Made by a program: the position numbers and the translations under genes. Shown here piece by piece: positions 23,501 to 37,308 of a stretch of DNA of 64,000 bases. The DNA is from Monocercomonoides exilis PA203 (Eukaryota > Protista > Preaxostyla), in contig LSRY02000075.1 in assembly GCA_001643675.2 (NCBI GenBank), forward strand, positions 43,146-107,145. Direction: 5' to 3'. Under the pieces are notes generated by a model. The model was not told the origin of the DNA and made no database searches. It was given only the letters and a program-made list of their open reading frames with translations. Positions within the stretch are counted from its first letter, which is position 1. Every line of letters starts with the position of its first letter.

Positions 23501-26500
23501 GGAATGATGTGGCTCATCCCAACATTCAGCGATGAGCATGCGCCTTTCATTTCCCCACAGTTCTTACTGTCGCTGTTGTTCCCCACAATCGATGAAACAA
23601 ATATGAATTCGCTCCTGAACACAAACACCCTCTTCAGAAGATCCTCTTCATCCCCATAATTGTCTGCTGTGCATCCCCAAATCGCTTGATCCTTCACAAA
23701 TGGCTCTCTGAAATCAATTAAAAATTGAGATTCACTTATCTGTGAGTCAAGATCAGTGCACTTCACAAACACGTCTCTCCCCTTTGAAGCAACATTCCCT
23801 CGGAAGGTGATGTTCGACAGCACAAATGGCAATGCTTCCTGTGAGACACTCTGTGATTTAAAAACAATCCTCCTCCTCTTCCAGTGTTCGAACAGAAGCA
23901 TTCTGTCACATTTGTGTGATTCATTTCCAATCTCTCCCTCTCATTGAGGAGGAAGAACATTCCTCCTCCTTCATTTGAACTTGTCGACCCACACCCATCA
24001 ATTGTTGAATTATCCATTTTCAATCTCATTTTATTTGAAATATCACAGTAAAACAACGAAGGGTAACTTGCTTCATTGTTCTTCACATTCACAAAAGTGC
24101 ATTGCTCAAATAGAATATTCCACATTTCTTCTGAATAATCATTTCCACATCCAGAAATCACACTTTCACTCATCATAATTGCACTTTTCCCGCCCAATGA
24201 AATATCTTTAAATATCACATTGTTCATGGTTGTCACACAATCAGCTGATGTGCTCATTATCTCATGCATCGTTGAGAATCCAACAATGTTTGTCTTTTCA
24301 ATAGAAAAAATTCCTTTTAAAGCACTGATCAGAACAAATGACACCTCATCTTTCACATTTTCAATTTTATGAACTGTGCAACTCACAATACTTGTTTTGA
24401 CTGCATCTGAACCTGTCCGGATGAGGATGTTTGCTCCATTATCAAAGGCACTGGGAATCAGAATCCCCAATTCATTGAATTGAACAACTCCTTTGCATTC
24501 AACAACAGCATTCCCATTTTCTTTAATTGATTGAACAAATCGGATTTTGTCTGACTTTCCATCTGTTCCTTCCAGCTTCATCCCACTCATCTCTATCACA
24601 CTCATCACATCACAAACTCCATGAATCGTCATCTGCTCAACTGTTGAACTGTTTATCCGATTCATCCCATAATCAATAGACCTACATGGATACTCCAACA
24701 ACCCACACACAACAACATTGTTTCCTTCCTCTGCAATATACACACTAGATCCAACAGATTTCCAGAAATAGATCAGTGGGATTGCACGCTCCCTGTTTTC
24801 TCCATCAAACCCTCTCATCGAGTCTTCTGTCAGTTTCTCCAGTCTATCTTTCACAAATGGAAGCGTTTCGTTCTTGATGCTCTTGACGAGCGATGGAGAC
24901 GAAATAAACAAATCCTGCCCATATTTTGCATTGTTTGGTTTGTCAGAAGAAAAAGTTGGTGAGGATATCACAAACGTTTCCTCTTCTTCCTCATTTAACA
25001 TGTTCAGCATCATCCCTCCTCCATATCCAGAAATTCCCCCTTCATATGGTGCTGTGCAACCATAAAACTTACACCCGTTAATAAGCAGACTCGTTTTCGA
25101 AGATGCCTCACAAAAGAGAGCACCTCCTCCAATCTCATTTTCCTCTTCTTCAACAGCACATCCATCAAATGTGCAGTCATTTATTTCCACTTTGAAATTT
25201 CTTCCATTGTTATCATTCTTGTTCGTGATGCTGATGCACCCTCCACTTCCCTTCGAACGAGTAATCGATGAAAATGTGCATCCTGACATCTCTTCAATGT
25301 TTCCATTGCAGCTCTCAACAACACATCCATCGCCAAATGTGAATTCAGCAAAATTGCTTTTCGTCATATTTAGTAAAGGCACACTTTCAGCGCTTCCCTC
25401 AACAATGAAAAACGACGTATCCCCTTTTTTCATATTCTTTGATCCAAACTCAATCACTTCCACAACCCCTCCAATAGCTTTCACAAACACTGTTGTTATA
25501 GCCTCAGAGCCTCCTTCCATCCCACATTCATTTAGTGTAAGCTTCCCTGAATAGCACTCAAACACACTTTCATGAAAGGTCAGCGATTGAATCAAAGAAA
25601 ATACAATGCCGGTCACAGACACACTGACTGAGCTTTCTATCAATCCACTTTGTGCTCCTTCTGCCTGATCAACAACACCACATTTCATCTCATTGTCCTT
25701 TGCTCTGATCCCCCATTCATCTGTACTCAAGCTCAATTCCTCCTTAAAGGCAAATGGCTCAATAATTGAGATATCTTTTTTCTTCCCTTCAAAATAGATT
25801 GACACCGCCTTCGTGATTGTGGAGCATGGAAACTCTTCAAATCCACACTTCGAAAAATCATGACTCAATGATCCTCCTCCAACAAATGGAGGATGAAGAA
25901 ATGGAGAATTCAAAAAAAGGCGTAATGGTATTGGATAATCATTGTCGTCATCTTCAAAACCCATTGCATCAACGTCACAATTATTATCCTTGGAAATTCC
26001 TTCTTTTATATTTATTGGATTAATCACTTCTGATAAATTTCGAGCTTCCAAAAACATGTTCCTTCCTTTCCAAGCATTATTATCATCTCCGAAAAACACC
26101 TTTTCAATCTTGAAGATGATATTTCCTTTTCCAAACTTGATCATAAATGCTCCTCCGAGACATCTGCTTGAGCTGTCAGATGGAACAATACATTGATAAA
26201 AACTTGAAGCATTATGATTTCCAACAAATAGTTTACTCCCCTCCTCTAGAGTTAAGAACAATGCGCCTCCATTTCCTTTATTGCAACTACACTGAACAAA
26301 TGTGATATTATTCAGCACTATTTCATCGTCTTGGCAAAGATGTTGCTCAATAACGGATCCACTTCCAGATTCCCTAGAAATATAATAAAATGAACAACTC
26401 TCTATATTCAAAGAAGATGAATCCAAAAATAAGAAGCAAAAATCAGAAAGAACAATGTTCTTAACCTGGCAATATGAAAATGATAGCTGACCTGAATGAA

Positions 26501-28364
26501 TATTGAACAGTGGATTTGTGAATATATTTGACAAAGGAAGTTTGGATTCAATAATGCAATTCACAAAATCGCATTTTCCATCCTCATTACTAATCGAAAC
26601 AAATGATAAAGATGTCGAAGCAAGATAATCTAGGATAAAAGAACACTTTTCAAATTTCCCATTTCCAGTTGATATTTCAATAAACGAAGATGATTTCTTT
26701 CCCTTGCATATCTCAACAACGCATATCTCTGATACTGTTGGTGTGAATGATAAATTCAAATCGAAAAGAAAAATTGAACTCTCATGCAGAACTCCTTCAA
26801 CGGAAATAGTCGTAACTACTCCATTAGTTCTTTCGCAAAATTGAATTGCTCTGGAAATAGAAGCACATTTCTTTTGAAAATAACCACAAACTCCTTTGTC
26901 ATCACTGCCATTTAAAAAATCAACATAAATAGGTGAAAGCCAATTCTGAATCCACGGCGAACAATCACCAACTCCATCTATATACACAAGGTTTGCGTGA
27001 TTTTCATTTTGAGAAAGACAATTAATGATTTTTTCTTTGGTAACGTTTCCAATAAATTCTGAGTGCACAAAAATATCTTTTCCATTTCCACTTGCAGAAT
27101 TTCCATTGAAAAAAAAATAACTCATTAATGGATTGCCTTGAGGCTCTCCATGAAATGATTGTGGAGTGAAAATGCAACCTCCACCATTATTAAATAGGCA
27201 AAAGCAGTTTGAAAGCTCAAACTCGCTCATTGTCATTTTTGTTTCATAGCCAATAAGCATTCCACCTCCACCACCTGTAAGATCTGATCCAGTGCAAAAG
27301 CATTTGCAAACAAACAATTCTGAAAATTCATCTCCATTGCTTCCCTTATTGTGATAAAACCCTCCTCCACCTAATTCCGATGAGCAATTGATAAAAGCAC
27401 ATCGATGAACTGAATGTAATGTTCCTTCGTGAACAAGCAATCCACCTCCCCATCTTGTCTTTGCGGTGCAATTCTCAAAATAGGAATCCAATACTTCCTG
27501 AATTCCTCTGTTCAATAGTCTAGCCCCTCCTCCATTCGAATTGGCTGTCCCATTTATAAATGAACAATTATGGACCACGCAATCTCCTCCTAAAGTGTGA
27601 TGAATTCCCGCACCATCTTCAGCATTCAATCCAATAAACGAATTTAAAACAAAAGAGCAATCAACATTTGCTTTTTCTTGATGCAAGCATGGATTCATGA
27701 AATGAGGTTTGGCTGTTAAGCATCCAAAGAATGAATTATTATCCGCACTGAAAATCATGTTGTGAGCTGAAACTCCATGAACAACACATCCATAAAAAGA
27801 ATTCTCCACTTCACTAAAAATGTTTCCATTTAACACATTTTCTCCTTGAAAATAAACAATTTCACATTTTTGCTCTTCGAAATTCTTTCTTTTTTGTGAA
27901 ATATTCACAAAAATGCAATTTTCAACTAAAGAAGATCTTATATTCCCATTGGAAGCAATAGGGTTATGCTCAAATGTAATGATTGAAGAAATTTTGCAAT
28001 CTTTGAGCGTAAATAAGCCACTGCAAGTTTGACTCAACAATAAAAATTCAAAGCATTCTCCACCTTTTGATTTTTGATATGTAACGTTTTGAACACATAA
28101 GGACCCTCTTGACATGAATAATCCTTTGAATGAACCTTTTCTGAAAATATTGAAATTGCATTGATTAATTGTGACAATAGACAAATAATCAAGATTGAGA
28201 TAATGTTCATCTTTGAAACCGACAAAATTGATTGTTGAAATAACTATAGAACTATTTTGGATACAAAAGAAACCGCAGAATGTTGAAATTGTTTCCTTTC
28301 TGCTCTTTTCATAATAGCAATAACCATTGAAGAAGCACAAGCAAAAATAGAAAATGTTCAGCAT
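20563..28364 (-). CDS. Giant surface receptor pseudokinase, copy 2 (~2600 aa; 4 modules). Identical to copy 1 over the C-terminal ~1770 aa, with a different N-terminal ~825 aa
   Basis: ORFs 23763..28364 and 20563..23901 join across an A5 run at 23860-23864 (T6 in copy 1). Signal-peptide-like start; same TM and pseudokinase. Confidence 0.85.
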
Positions 28365-28833
28365 TCTTCCTGATCAACATATAACCAATACTTCCACACT
28401 TATTGAAGATTTTTTAGTGTAATGAAATGATGCCTTGGATTCTTTGTTTTATTTTTGTTATTTTTGAGTAATTCGTTATGAAAGAAAATAGTCTCCGTCA
28501 AACTGACAGCATTCATTCCTTTGGTGATTTCTTACAAATCAAATTCAAGATTTTGCATGCAAATATTGGAAAAGTCTTTTCTGTTTTATTTGTAAGAAGG
28601 AAACTTCGGACAGATAATGAAGAAAAGAGGGGAAAACATGTTTTCTGCATTTTTTCCTCCAGTTTCGAAAAATTCACCTTCGCTGAAAAGAATTGAATTT
28701 TCATTTGTTGATGAAATAATGATAATTCTTGATAATTAGAAATCAATAACTTTTATTGCCTGATGCATTTTTTAATAAACATGAAATGATAAAGATGTAA
28801 AGAAGTGCAGACTTGTCGTTTAAAAGATAAAGA

Positions 28834-29671
28834 CTATTCATTCTTTGCTTGGACACGACCCAGACGACGACCTGTTCTACGAGCAGCAATAAGACCAATC
28901 TTCTGCCCAGCTGGTCTGTTTCTAGCGACTGTTGTTGGCACACCAATGTGTTGATGGTTACCACCACCATGAGGATGATCGACAGGGTTCATTGCAACAC
29001 CACGCACTGCTGGCCATCCTCTACGCTTTGCCTTGTATTTGTGATAGCAAACACCAGCCTTCATGATTGGCTTCTCATTACGACCACCTCCAGCAACAAT
29101 ACCGATCATTGCACGGCATGATGAAGGAATAATCTTTTTTGAGCCTGATGGAAGACGAAGACGTGTTTTTCCTGTTTCGTGGTTGTGGCTAACAACGGCT
29201 GCAGAGTTTCCAGAGCAGCGAGCAAGAACACCACGGTCTCCTGCTTTTGATTCAACGTTGCAGATGACTGTACCTTCTGGCAGTGATGAAACTGGAAGAA
29301 CATTTCCCACATCGATGGCAGCTGATAATATGAGAAAAATTATTATGAATAATATCTTTAATCAAAGATAAACTTAAAAATCAAAAAATACCTTTCTTTC
29401 CACAGTAAATGAATTGTCCTGTGTACATTCCTTCAGTAGCGATGAAAGTTGCATGTCTCTTCTTGTACTTGTATGGGTGACGGAACTCAACAATTGCAAG
29501 AGGTGCTCCACGCCCTGGATCATGGATAATCCTTCTGACTACACCCTTGATATATCCATGTTTCTCTGCATAATCAATAGCACGCAATTTTGCAGAACCT
29601 TTTCTGTTATGAACGTGAGATTTGAATAAAGCACTCCCTCCTTTTCTTTGAGAACGAATAACGCGCCCCAT
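28834..29671 (-). CDS. RPL8: 60S ribosomal protein L8/L2 (uL2), 2 exons (29671-29392, 29321-28834), 255 aa
   Basis: [11 protein letters not shown]...[12 protein letters not shown]...[21 protein letters not shown] 70 bp GTATTT...CAG intron restores the frame ([14 protein letters not shown]). Confidence 0.98.
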
Positions 29672-29971
29672 GCACTAAAAATTCAAAAATTAATTAAGTA
29701 TGCAAAATTAACGTTTTAGTTGAATAAATTATTTTGTAAATATTTTTCTATAAACAATTTCACACAATTCTAAATATTGAATAATTCCCTTTTACGCTTT
29801 GATCAATTCTTTTCATTTTTAAAATAATGAAATATTAATTTTAAAAAATTTTGCTTCAAAAAAAATATGCATAATCAAGTCATAATCACATATTCAATAT
29901 GAACGTGAGATGCCCCCTCTTATGAAGAAATGTTAATGAACATAAAAAAAAATAAAAGGATCGAATAAAGA

Positions 29972-30636
29972 TTATAATCCTCGTAGGTAATCACCCAAAT
30001 CTCTAAGCACAACGGGACGTTGCTAAATAAAATGAAGAACAAAAATATAAAATATTTTTTTTTCAAATAAATGAAAAAATAATTTTTGAAAAAGATATCA
30101 AACTTCTTTAGATTCTGCATATATCGTTTCCATTTGTTGAGGTTCTTTTGGATTTCCGGTCAAGTATGTAATGCGAATTGCTGTAGGATCAGATCTATCT
30201 GCCTCGAGCTTAATTATTGATAAAAGATATAAACTCTCTTAAAAATGTATATTCAAACCTTTTTGAGTTGCTTTCCTGCAATAGTCAATCTTGGTACATC
30301 TTTATCAAGAAGGATAAGTTTTTTCTCTGCATAATCAATCTTTAAAGTTCTTTCCCTCTTCCACAAAATCTTAATGAATACAGGATATTCAACAAAAGGA
30401 ACATCTAAAAATTACGTAGTTATTTCATTTGAATCAGCGCTGCAAGTTAAAATAGTTAAGAATGTTCAACCAAAATCAAACCATCGATTTCCACTGGCTT
30501 TTCGTATCCTGTTGTTGTCTTGATTTTTTCTTTTCCAATAGACTCCGAAAATGACTGAAAATTCTCAGACTTGTAAATATTTTATCATCAACCAACAATT
30601 GACTTTTTTAAAAAAGAAAGAAAAACAAAATACCAT
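29972..30636 (-). CDS. Small 5-exon hypothetical protein (~130 aa), possibly PH-like fold
   Basis: Manual splicing with GTATTT/GTTTGA donors and AG acceptors gives M|SENFQSFSESIGKEKIKTTTGYEKPVEIDD|VPFVEYPVFIKILWKRERTLKIDYAEKKLILLDKDVPRLTIAGKQLKK|LEADRSDPTAIRITYLTGNPKEPQQMETIYAESKE|QRPVVLRDLGDYLRGL*. Confidence 0.6.
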
Positions 30637-30799
30637 TTAATAAAACAATCTATGTATTAGATCAAAAAAGATCAAGAGATTTTGAAATTTTTTCATATTT
30701 TCTATTTTTGTATCAAATGAAAATCATAAAAATCAACATTCATAGGAATGTCTTTTGATTTCATAGAAAGAGTCTGGAGTATTGATAATGTTGTATTTC

Positions 30800-33700
30800 T
30801 CAGCGAATTTTAGCTTGGCCTCTAACTGCTTTAACAACTGTTGGGAAATGTGTTCTAAACCACTCAAATTTATCTTCTGTAAGAGGATGAACGCACTGCA
30901 CTTTAGCTGCTGACCAAAAGGCTCCGACCATTTGCGTTACAGATGAGGAAGAAGGAATAGAATTCGAAGCAGATTGATTCAGCTCGCCCATCTTTTGCTG
31001 CTCTGTGATAATTTGGCTCACAACCTGTTGAAGCAAACGCTCCGTTTCCTCGACGCACAGTGCAGAGAGGGCGCACACGCAGTTGCTTCCTGGGTGGATG
31101 ATGGTGTCGACTTCTCTGTCGCCCACAAAGAGGATCCTCAGGATGCTCCCCTGCAGTGGCACCATCTCCGATGCTGTTGCAATAGCCAGCTGGTGGCGCT
31201 GTGCTTTGCGTGGTGTGGAAGGCGGAGGCAGCGCACGAAGCGGCACAAGCAGCAGGGCAAGCGTTTTGGTGGTGTCCAGTGCGATTGCTGCGCTGATGAA
31301 GTCTGGCGACGAAGAGGCGTCTGACAGGAGCCGCAGGGCATGGCGCTGGGCGTGCAGTGAAAGATCAGAGAAATGGATGCCATATTCAGGTGAGGAGACA
31401 AACGAATGGATCAAACGGACAGCGCGTTGCAGCAGACTGACAATTTGAGTGTTGAAGGTGTTCAAAAGAGGGAGGGTGTATGTGAGCAGAGTCAACGAGA
31501 CGCGTGTGGAGAAAGTAAGAGGCGAGTGAACGAGAGAGGAAAGGTTTGGAATGTTGCTGAAAAGAGGTGTGCAGCTGACAAGCCCAGCTAAAGAGGAAGG
31601 AGCATTTGCAATCTGCAGTGCTTTGTGCTCTGACAGGATCTGTGTGACGAGGGAAGGCACAGGCGGAGATGAGTATGATGACAAAGTGAAGCATTCGGCA
31701 GGCAGAATTCCATTCTCTGAGAGGATGCTCGATGACTCCTTCCTTTGCAGCTGAAACTCCACAAGCGAAAGAATGTCTTCCACTTGGCTTGTGATCGGCT
31801 CTGCGTTCTTCTGCAGCTGTTGCAGCTGAGATGCACCAAGCGATGAATACGGTGCAGCTAAGCCTGATGCAGCAGACGAGGTTGAAGAAGCTTGCTGCTT
31901 GGCTGAATCAATCGATGCATTCAGCGAGTAGATGAGGTTAGACCATGTTTTGATGAGCTGAGTGCCAAACCGTGTGACGATCAGTCTGTCGTGTTTGGAA
32001 TGGAATGTGTGGTGTGCAGTGACAAACAAGCCGAGTGTTGAGACGCACTCTGCAAGCAGATCTTTGTCCTGCGGAAGAGACTGGATCGGAGCAACAAATG
32101 GAATCCACTGCACAAGCGGCAGAAGAAAAGGAGAAGAAGAAACAGAACTTTCTGCTCCTCCAATTCTGATCAGCGCTCCGCTTGCTCCTCCAACAGGGCA
32201 AAGAGAGAGACGAGCAGTCGGAGGGACAAATTGTGGGGAGCCAGCAACTGAGCGAAGATGCTGCACAACATCATTCAGCAGTTCAGCAGACGGAACAGCA
32301 GCGCCTGTGCCACCTGAATACAATGCGGAAAGATTGGCATTGGGCTGCAGGATGTCAGAGAGGAGCTTCATAAAGACAGGATATGGGAGATCAGAAAGAG
32401 AAGGAGCAGAATCTGGCTGGAGGTTTTGTGTCTGTAGAGAGGAATAGAGTGTGGGCGGGACGGGGAGAAGAGACAGTTTCTCGATTAATGTGCAGATGTC
32501 GAAGGCAAAGCAAGATGAAGATGAAGGAGTAGAAGAAGATGGTGATGGCGATGACGATGAAGAGCAGCAGTTTTTGAAGAGCTGTGAGGTTGGAGAGTAA
32601 ATCGAAGGAATCACTGGGCAGCTGCCGACAAGGCAGAGAAACGGGGCAAACAGCGGGGCAAGCATCCGAGTCAAGATTGCCTGGAGGATGGGCTGGTTGC
32701 ACGCAGCAGCAGCGCCTTTCAAAACAGCCAGCGAAACGCGCAGTGCCATTCGGTGGTTCATTCCTGTGGAAGTCTGCGCGCCAACAGAAAGGCACAACAT
32801 CTGCACGACTGCGAGTGTGAGGGCCATGTGGGCAGCAGCTGACTGGCTGGACGACTGCAACTGCAGCTGTTGCAGCTGCTGCTGCATCACAGCTGGGTGG
32901 AAGAGGCAGCAGGATGAGCCGCCTGAGGGTGGAGAAAAGCGGCAGCTGCAGCAGCCAGTCAGATGCTCGTCGAGCGAGGAAAGGAACTGGGACGGGTCGG
33001 AGGCGTTGCAGAGGAGAGAGTCAAGAAGAGAGGAAAGGAGAAGTGAGTTGACAGGAAATGAAGTGATCGCTGGAGGTTGAGGTTGAGTCTGGGACTGCAT
33101 CAGCTGCTGAGGTGAGGCTGAGGCAGAGGCAGAGGAAGAAGCGGATGAAGAGGCAGATTGTGAATTGGATGGCTGAGAAGGAGGAAGAAAAGAGATCGGC
33201 CCAGGAGTCAAAAGGGCTGGACAGTTGAGCTGTTTTGAGGTGAGGTTGCGGTGATGAGTGAGGGAGGCGTATATCAGCTGGGTGAGGTCAGGAAGAGAAG
33301 CAAAAGTGAAGAGGGAATGAACACGCACAGCGATCGGCATAACCAGCTCAGATAGCATGTTGAACACAGCACTCAGTGAATTCAACGAAGTCTGCGAAGA
33401 AGACAGAAACTGCTGGCTGTTGGTCGAAGAAGGAAGAAATGAAGAAGAAGAAGTTTGCATCATTCCACTTTCGTCCGTCGCCTTCAGCAGCTCTTCAAGA
33501 GGCGTACCAGTTGTAGCAGAGATTGAGCCAATGCCGCCTGCCCCGCTTGTCAACTTGGCATTTGCAAGCTGTGCAGCCGCTGCCCATTCCTTTTCAGCCG
33601 AATTGGGAGTTTCTCCGAGGCCGAGGGTGGAAGGAATGAAGATGCTGATCAGCTGTGACTTGTTCTCCAGCGAGATCGAATGGAAAATGGACTCGTATCG

Positions 33701-36700
33701 CATCGACTGCGGAGTCATTGCAGATGCCCCAGCAGCCAGCGACTGCGAGAGATTTGTTGCTGGCAGTGAAAAGAGTGAGTCTTTTGAGTGTTCTGAGAGA
33801 TCGAACTCGAGCTGCTTGTTGGACAGGCCTGCCCGCAGCGTCGCTTTTGCCCAGCCCCACCAGCCGTCGCCGCAGTGGTGCACGACTGCCCATCTCAGCA
33901 GCGGGTGAGAGCTGACGAGAGAAAGAACAGCAAGGACAGAGGAAACAAAGCGGTCGTCGGTTGAGAAAGTGCTGAGAGACAGCAGAACAGAACGAAGAAG
34001 AGATGAAAGAAGAGAGATGGATGAGGGAGAAGATGGTGAATAGCGAGAAGCAAGCACAGAAATCTGTTGAGGGAATGTTCCCTGTGAATATGGCAGTTAA
34101 TTGACAATAAATATGAAAGAAATGATTGCAAAAATAGAAAGCATTCACAAGTTAGTAAAAAAAGAGAATTAATTAATTTAATATAAATTAATAAAATAAA
34201 ATAAATTCTAAAAAGAAATTAAGTCAAACCGCAAGAGATGAATAAAGCGAAGTGTCTATCATCACATATGAATGCATCCATCTTCCGATGCAGCAGAACA
34301 AGGCGCCGAGTAGCTGAGGCGGCAGAAACATTCTCAAAAGATCGCTCGCTCCTTCTATTTGTGAGACGCTCTGTTCTTGTGACTGTTCAATCAACGCAAC
34401 AGCATAGCCCAAGCAGGCAAGCACCCCGTCCATACACACTTGCACGATGTCTGTCATCGGCTCAGGTGAAGGAGCACCCATCCCAGTTGAGGGAAGAGGA
34501 AGAAGCCCTCCTCCACCTCCTCCGCTGCCTCCACCAGGCGTCATTTGCGGCTGAGTGGCGAATGGCGAAGACAACGACTGGTCAAAAGACGGGAGGATGC
34601 TCATAATGGCACCAGGAATCAGCGGAGTTTCACCTTCTTCATTGTCTGCGATGACCCACCCGACAGCATGGACAGCCCAACGCAGCTGCTGTGCGACTGA
34701 TTGGAGTGCAGATGCCTGTGCAGATATGTTTGACTGCCCAGAGACAGCGTTTTTCCATTCAGAGAGAAGATGCTTCAGCCGCTCAGCCAGCACTGAAAGC
34801 GTGCGGAAGGGTGTTAATCTCCCCAGCGAGGCGATTAAAAGGAGCTGGTCTTCGTCGGAAGACGAGAGTGGATAGGAAAGAGAAGACGAAGAGGCATCGA
34901 AGACTGTTGAATTAGTAGGATTTGAGGAGTCTGGCGAAGAAGAGCTGTTTATAAATGGGCGAAGGGCAACATATGAATCAAATATCTGAAGTGTATACTC
35001 ATCCAATTCATTGCAATACAAAGGATCAGATGCTGAAAAGTTGTTAGTTTGTATTAAAATTGTGGCAAAAAATTTTTGATAAATGAAATAAATTATTCAA
35101 AAAAAATTAATTTTTTTTTCATTTTAAATAAAAAATAAGTAAAAAAGATAAACAAACTAATTGCATTCCATGCTTCAAGATAGCAGTCAAATGTTTCCAT
35201 TTCCCATGTTTCTTGGAGAGGATACGAAGGCTGACACGAAAGATGTTGTTGATGTTGTTGATAAAAATGAAAATAAAAGGTAAATTAATAAATATATAAA
35301 AATATGACAAAGAAATGAATTCAGAAAAAAATTGATATTATTTCAAACAGACCTGCAGAGAATATGCAGTAAACAGAAGCATCTTATCCCAAACCGCTGC
35401 TGATGGAGGGATAAAAAGCATGACGCGCAACTTGAAGTTCAGAACAAGTGTGCACATCACAAAAGACAACGAGCAGAAGCTTTCATTCAGCTCCTCCAGA
35501 AAAGAGATCGAGTCTTCAGAAAGATGCGACGAGGGAGTTGCAGCCTGAACGATCTGTTTGATCTGAGCGATTAGAAAGTCTAGCATTTTCGTGCATCCGT
35601 CGAAAAGCGCAACGCCAAAGTCCTTTGAGCAAACAGAAAGAGGATTCTGCATCGAAAGCGTGTGCACCAGCGGCGAGGAGGACGGAGGATAGCAAATCAG
35701 AGACGATGCCTGGGAGCTCGCAGACGCAGCGACAGAAAGCGGAAATGCGGGAGAACTGGCACTGACCTGCGACAATGCAGTTATGAGCTGAAGTGTGGGC
35801 TTTCCAAGAGTCGGGTGAGAGTGTATGAGAGAATAAAGAGAAAATATCATTTGTACTCGTTGGGCCGTAATTTCAGATCCCCATTCAGCTGGAAATGGAT
35901 TAACTTTGATATTGCATAAAGAAGATGCTGTTGATTTTGATCTTTCATTTTCACTTTTTTGATTGTCTTCTTTATTTGTTTCACAACCCATTGAGGAAAA
36001 ATCCCAATTCAAGATCTGATTGCAGAGTTCGATATTCTTTTGAAGTAGTAAAACTTTCTCCTTTGAAAGAGAGTTTAGGAGATGCGCAGGAGATAACGTT
36101 TTCGCTGATTGACCTGAGCTTTCGTTTGTTCCCGATGAAATAAATGAAAAAAATTGATCAATAGCCTTGAAAGAGTGTCTCAAAATTGGAAGAAGCATTT
36201 GAGACTGAAATGATTGCCTGCAATGATCATGAAAATCAATTGGAAGCCCAAGTTCTGATGAAGGAGTTGAAAATTCTGAAACAATCATTTCAAATAAAGA
36301 AATTCCAATATATTGTTTCATTGGATCAGAATTTTCACAAAAATCGAGGATTTGAGCAAAAAAGGAAGCATTTTCTTGATTTGTTGCAAGATTAGAAGCT
36401 TTTGCAACTGATGGAACCTCGTCAAACCATCCTCTTTTTGTTATCAAAACGGAAATGGAGAGATACTTTGTTCTCAAATGGAACTGATTTGATGCATCGC
36501 AAGCTAAATCAATAAATTTTTTTCTCATTAAAACTTTTTCAGGCCATGTAATGGATTTCCATTCGCGAAATAGCGATGTTTTGAAAGCATTTGCCTATTA
36601 ACGCAAAAATTGAAAGAATTTTTGATAAAAAATTCAACTATTCGCAAACAGAATGAAACTTAGCGTCAGGTGTTTTAACATTTTCAGCTAAAAACAAAGT

Positions 36701-36869
36701 AATGGAAACAGGACATTTTGCTGCGTCGATTAAAACTTTCTCTGCGTCTGAAGAATTTGTTGACTTTAAAATGATTATCAAAAACATAAATGATTTAATG
36801 CAAAAGAATTCAAACTTGAAAGTTTATTGCAGCAATTTCAAACGCTTCTAATATTTGTTTTGGTTCCAT
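30800..36869 (-). CDS. XPO4: Exportin-4-like importin-beta family nuclear transport receptor, multi-exon, with Ser-rich insertions
   Basis: Motifs ITKRGWFD, LGLPIDFHDHCRQSFQ, QILNWDF, DQLLLIASLGR and ADNEEGETPLIP resemble exportin-4. Exons correspond to ORFs 35338..36528, 34224..35021 and 30800..34057 plus small 5' exons from ATG 36869, separated by AT-rich introns. Confidence 0.8.
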
Positions 36870-37308
36870 TCTATTTTTGAAAAAAACAAAAAAAAGTTGT
36901 ATAATATTTTTTTTAAGAAAAAAAATATTTCTATCTTTTCAAATAATGCTTTAAAAGTATATTTAAAAGTGAACAAAGTTTTATAAAAAACATGATGAAA
37001 GATTATTCACTTTTTTTAATTTTTTTGCATGAAGTCGAAACTGAAATAAAAACTTATTTTTTTATTTCTATGTGGTTTGTGTTAAAACTTTTCTTCTCAT
37101 ATGTTTTTAGAGAGATAAGCTTGAACAAATAAGCAAATAATAAATATAGCGAAAATTCAAAAATCAGAATAATATTAGGTGTTTCATGTTTGAAAAGTGT
37201 TATGTGTTAATATGTGTCAGAATAACGAATTATTATTGAGAAATATCAAAAGGCAACAAGAAAATTTTCGTTTGAATGATTCGTTGTGAAAAATTAATCA
37301 TCGACATA

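Larger units (their letters stand above)
4541..25888. repeat. Giant palindrome: left arm ~4541-12800; right arm ~12995-13068 plus 17708-25888 (interrupted by DIRS); short AT-rich spacer
   Basis: Near-identical reverse-complement sequence, and the ORF track is mirrored (e.g. 4872..5255- = 25171..25554+; 11657..11884+ = 18549..18776-). Outer boundary at catttgttggaggatcattgagtca (4541) / tgactcaatgatcctcctccaacaaatg (to 25888). Confidence 0.97.

Noticed and set aside
4541-25888. Possibility that the giant palindrome is a fold-back read/assembly artefact
   Set aside because: The arms differ by clustered SNP patches and a one-sided DIRS insertion, the outer junction is an in-frame gene fusion, and a second independent palindrome has a homologous spacer. 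Long-read confirmation is still desirable.
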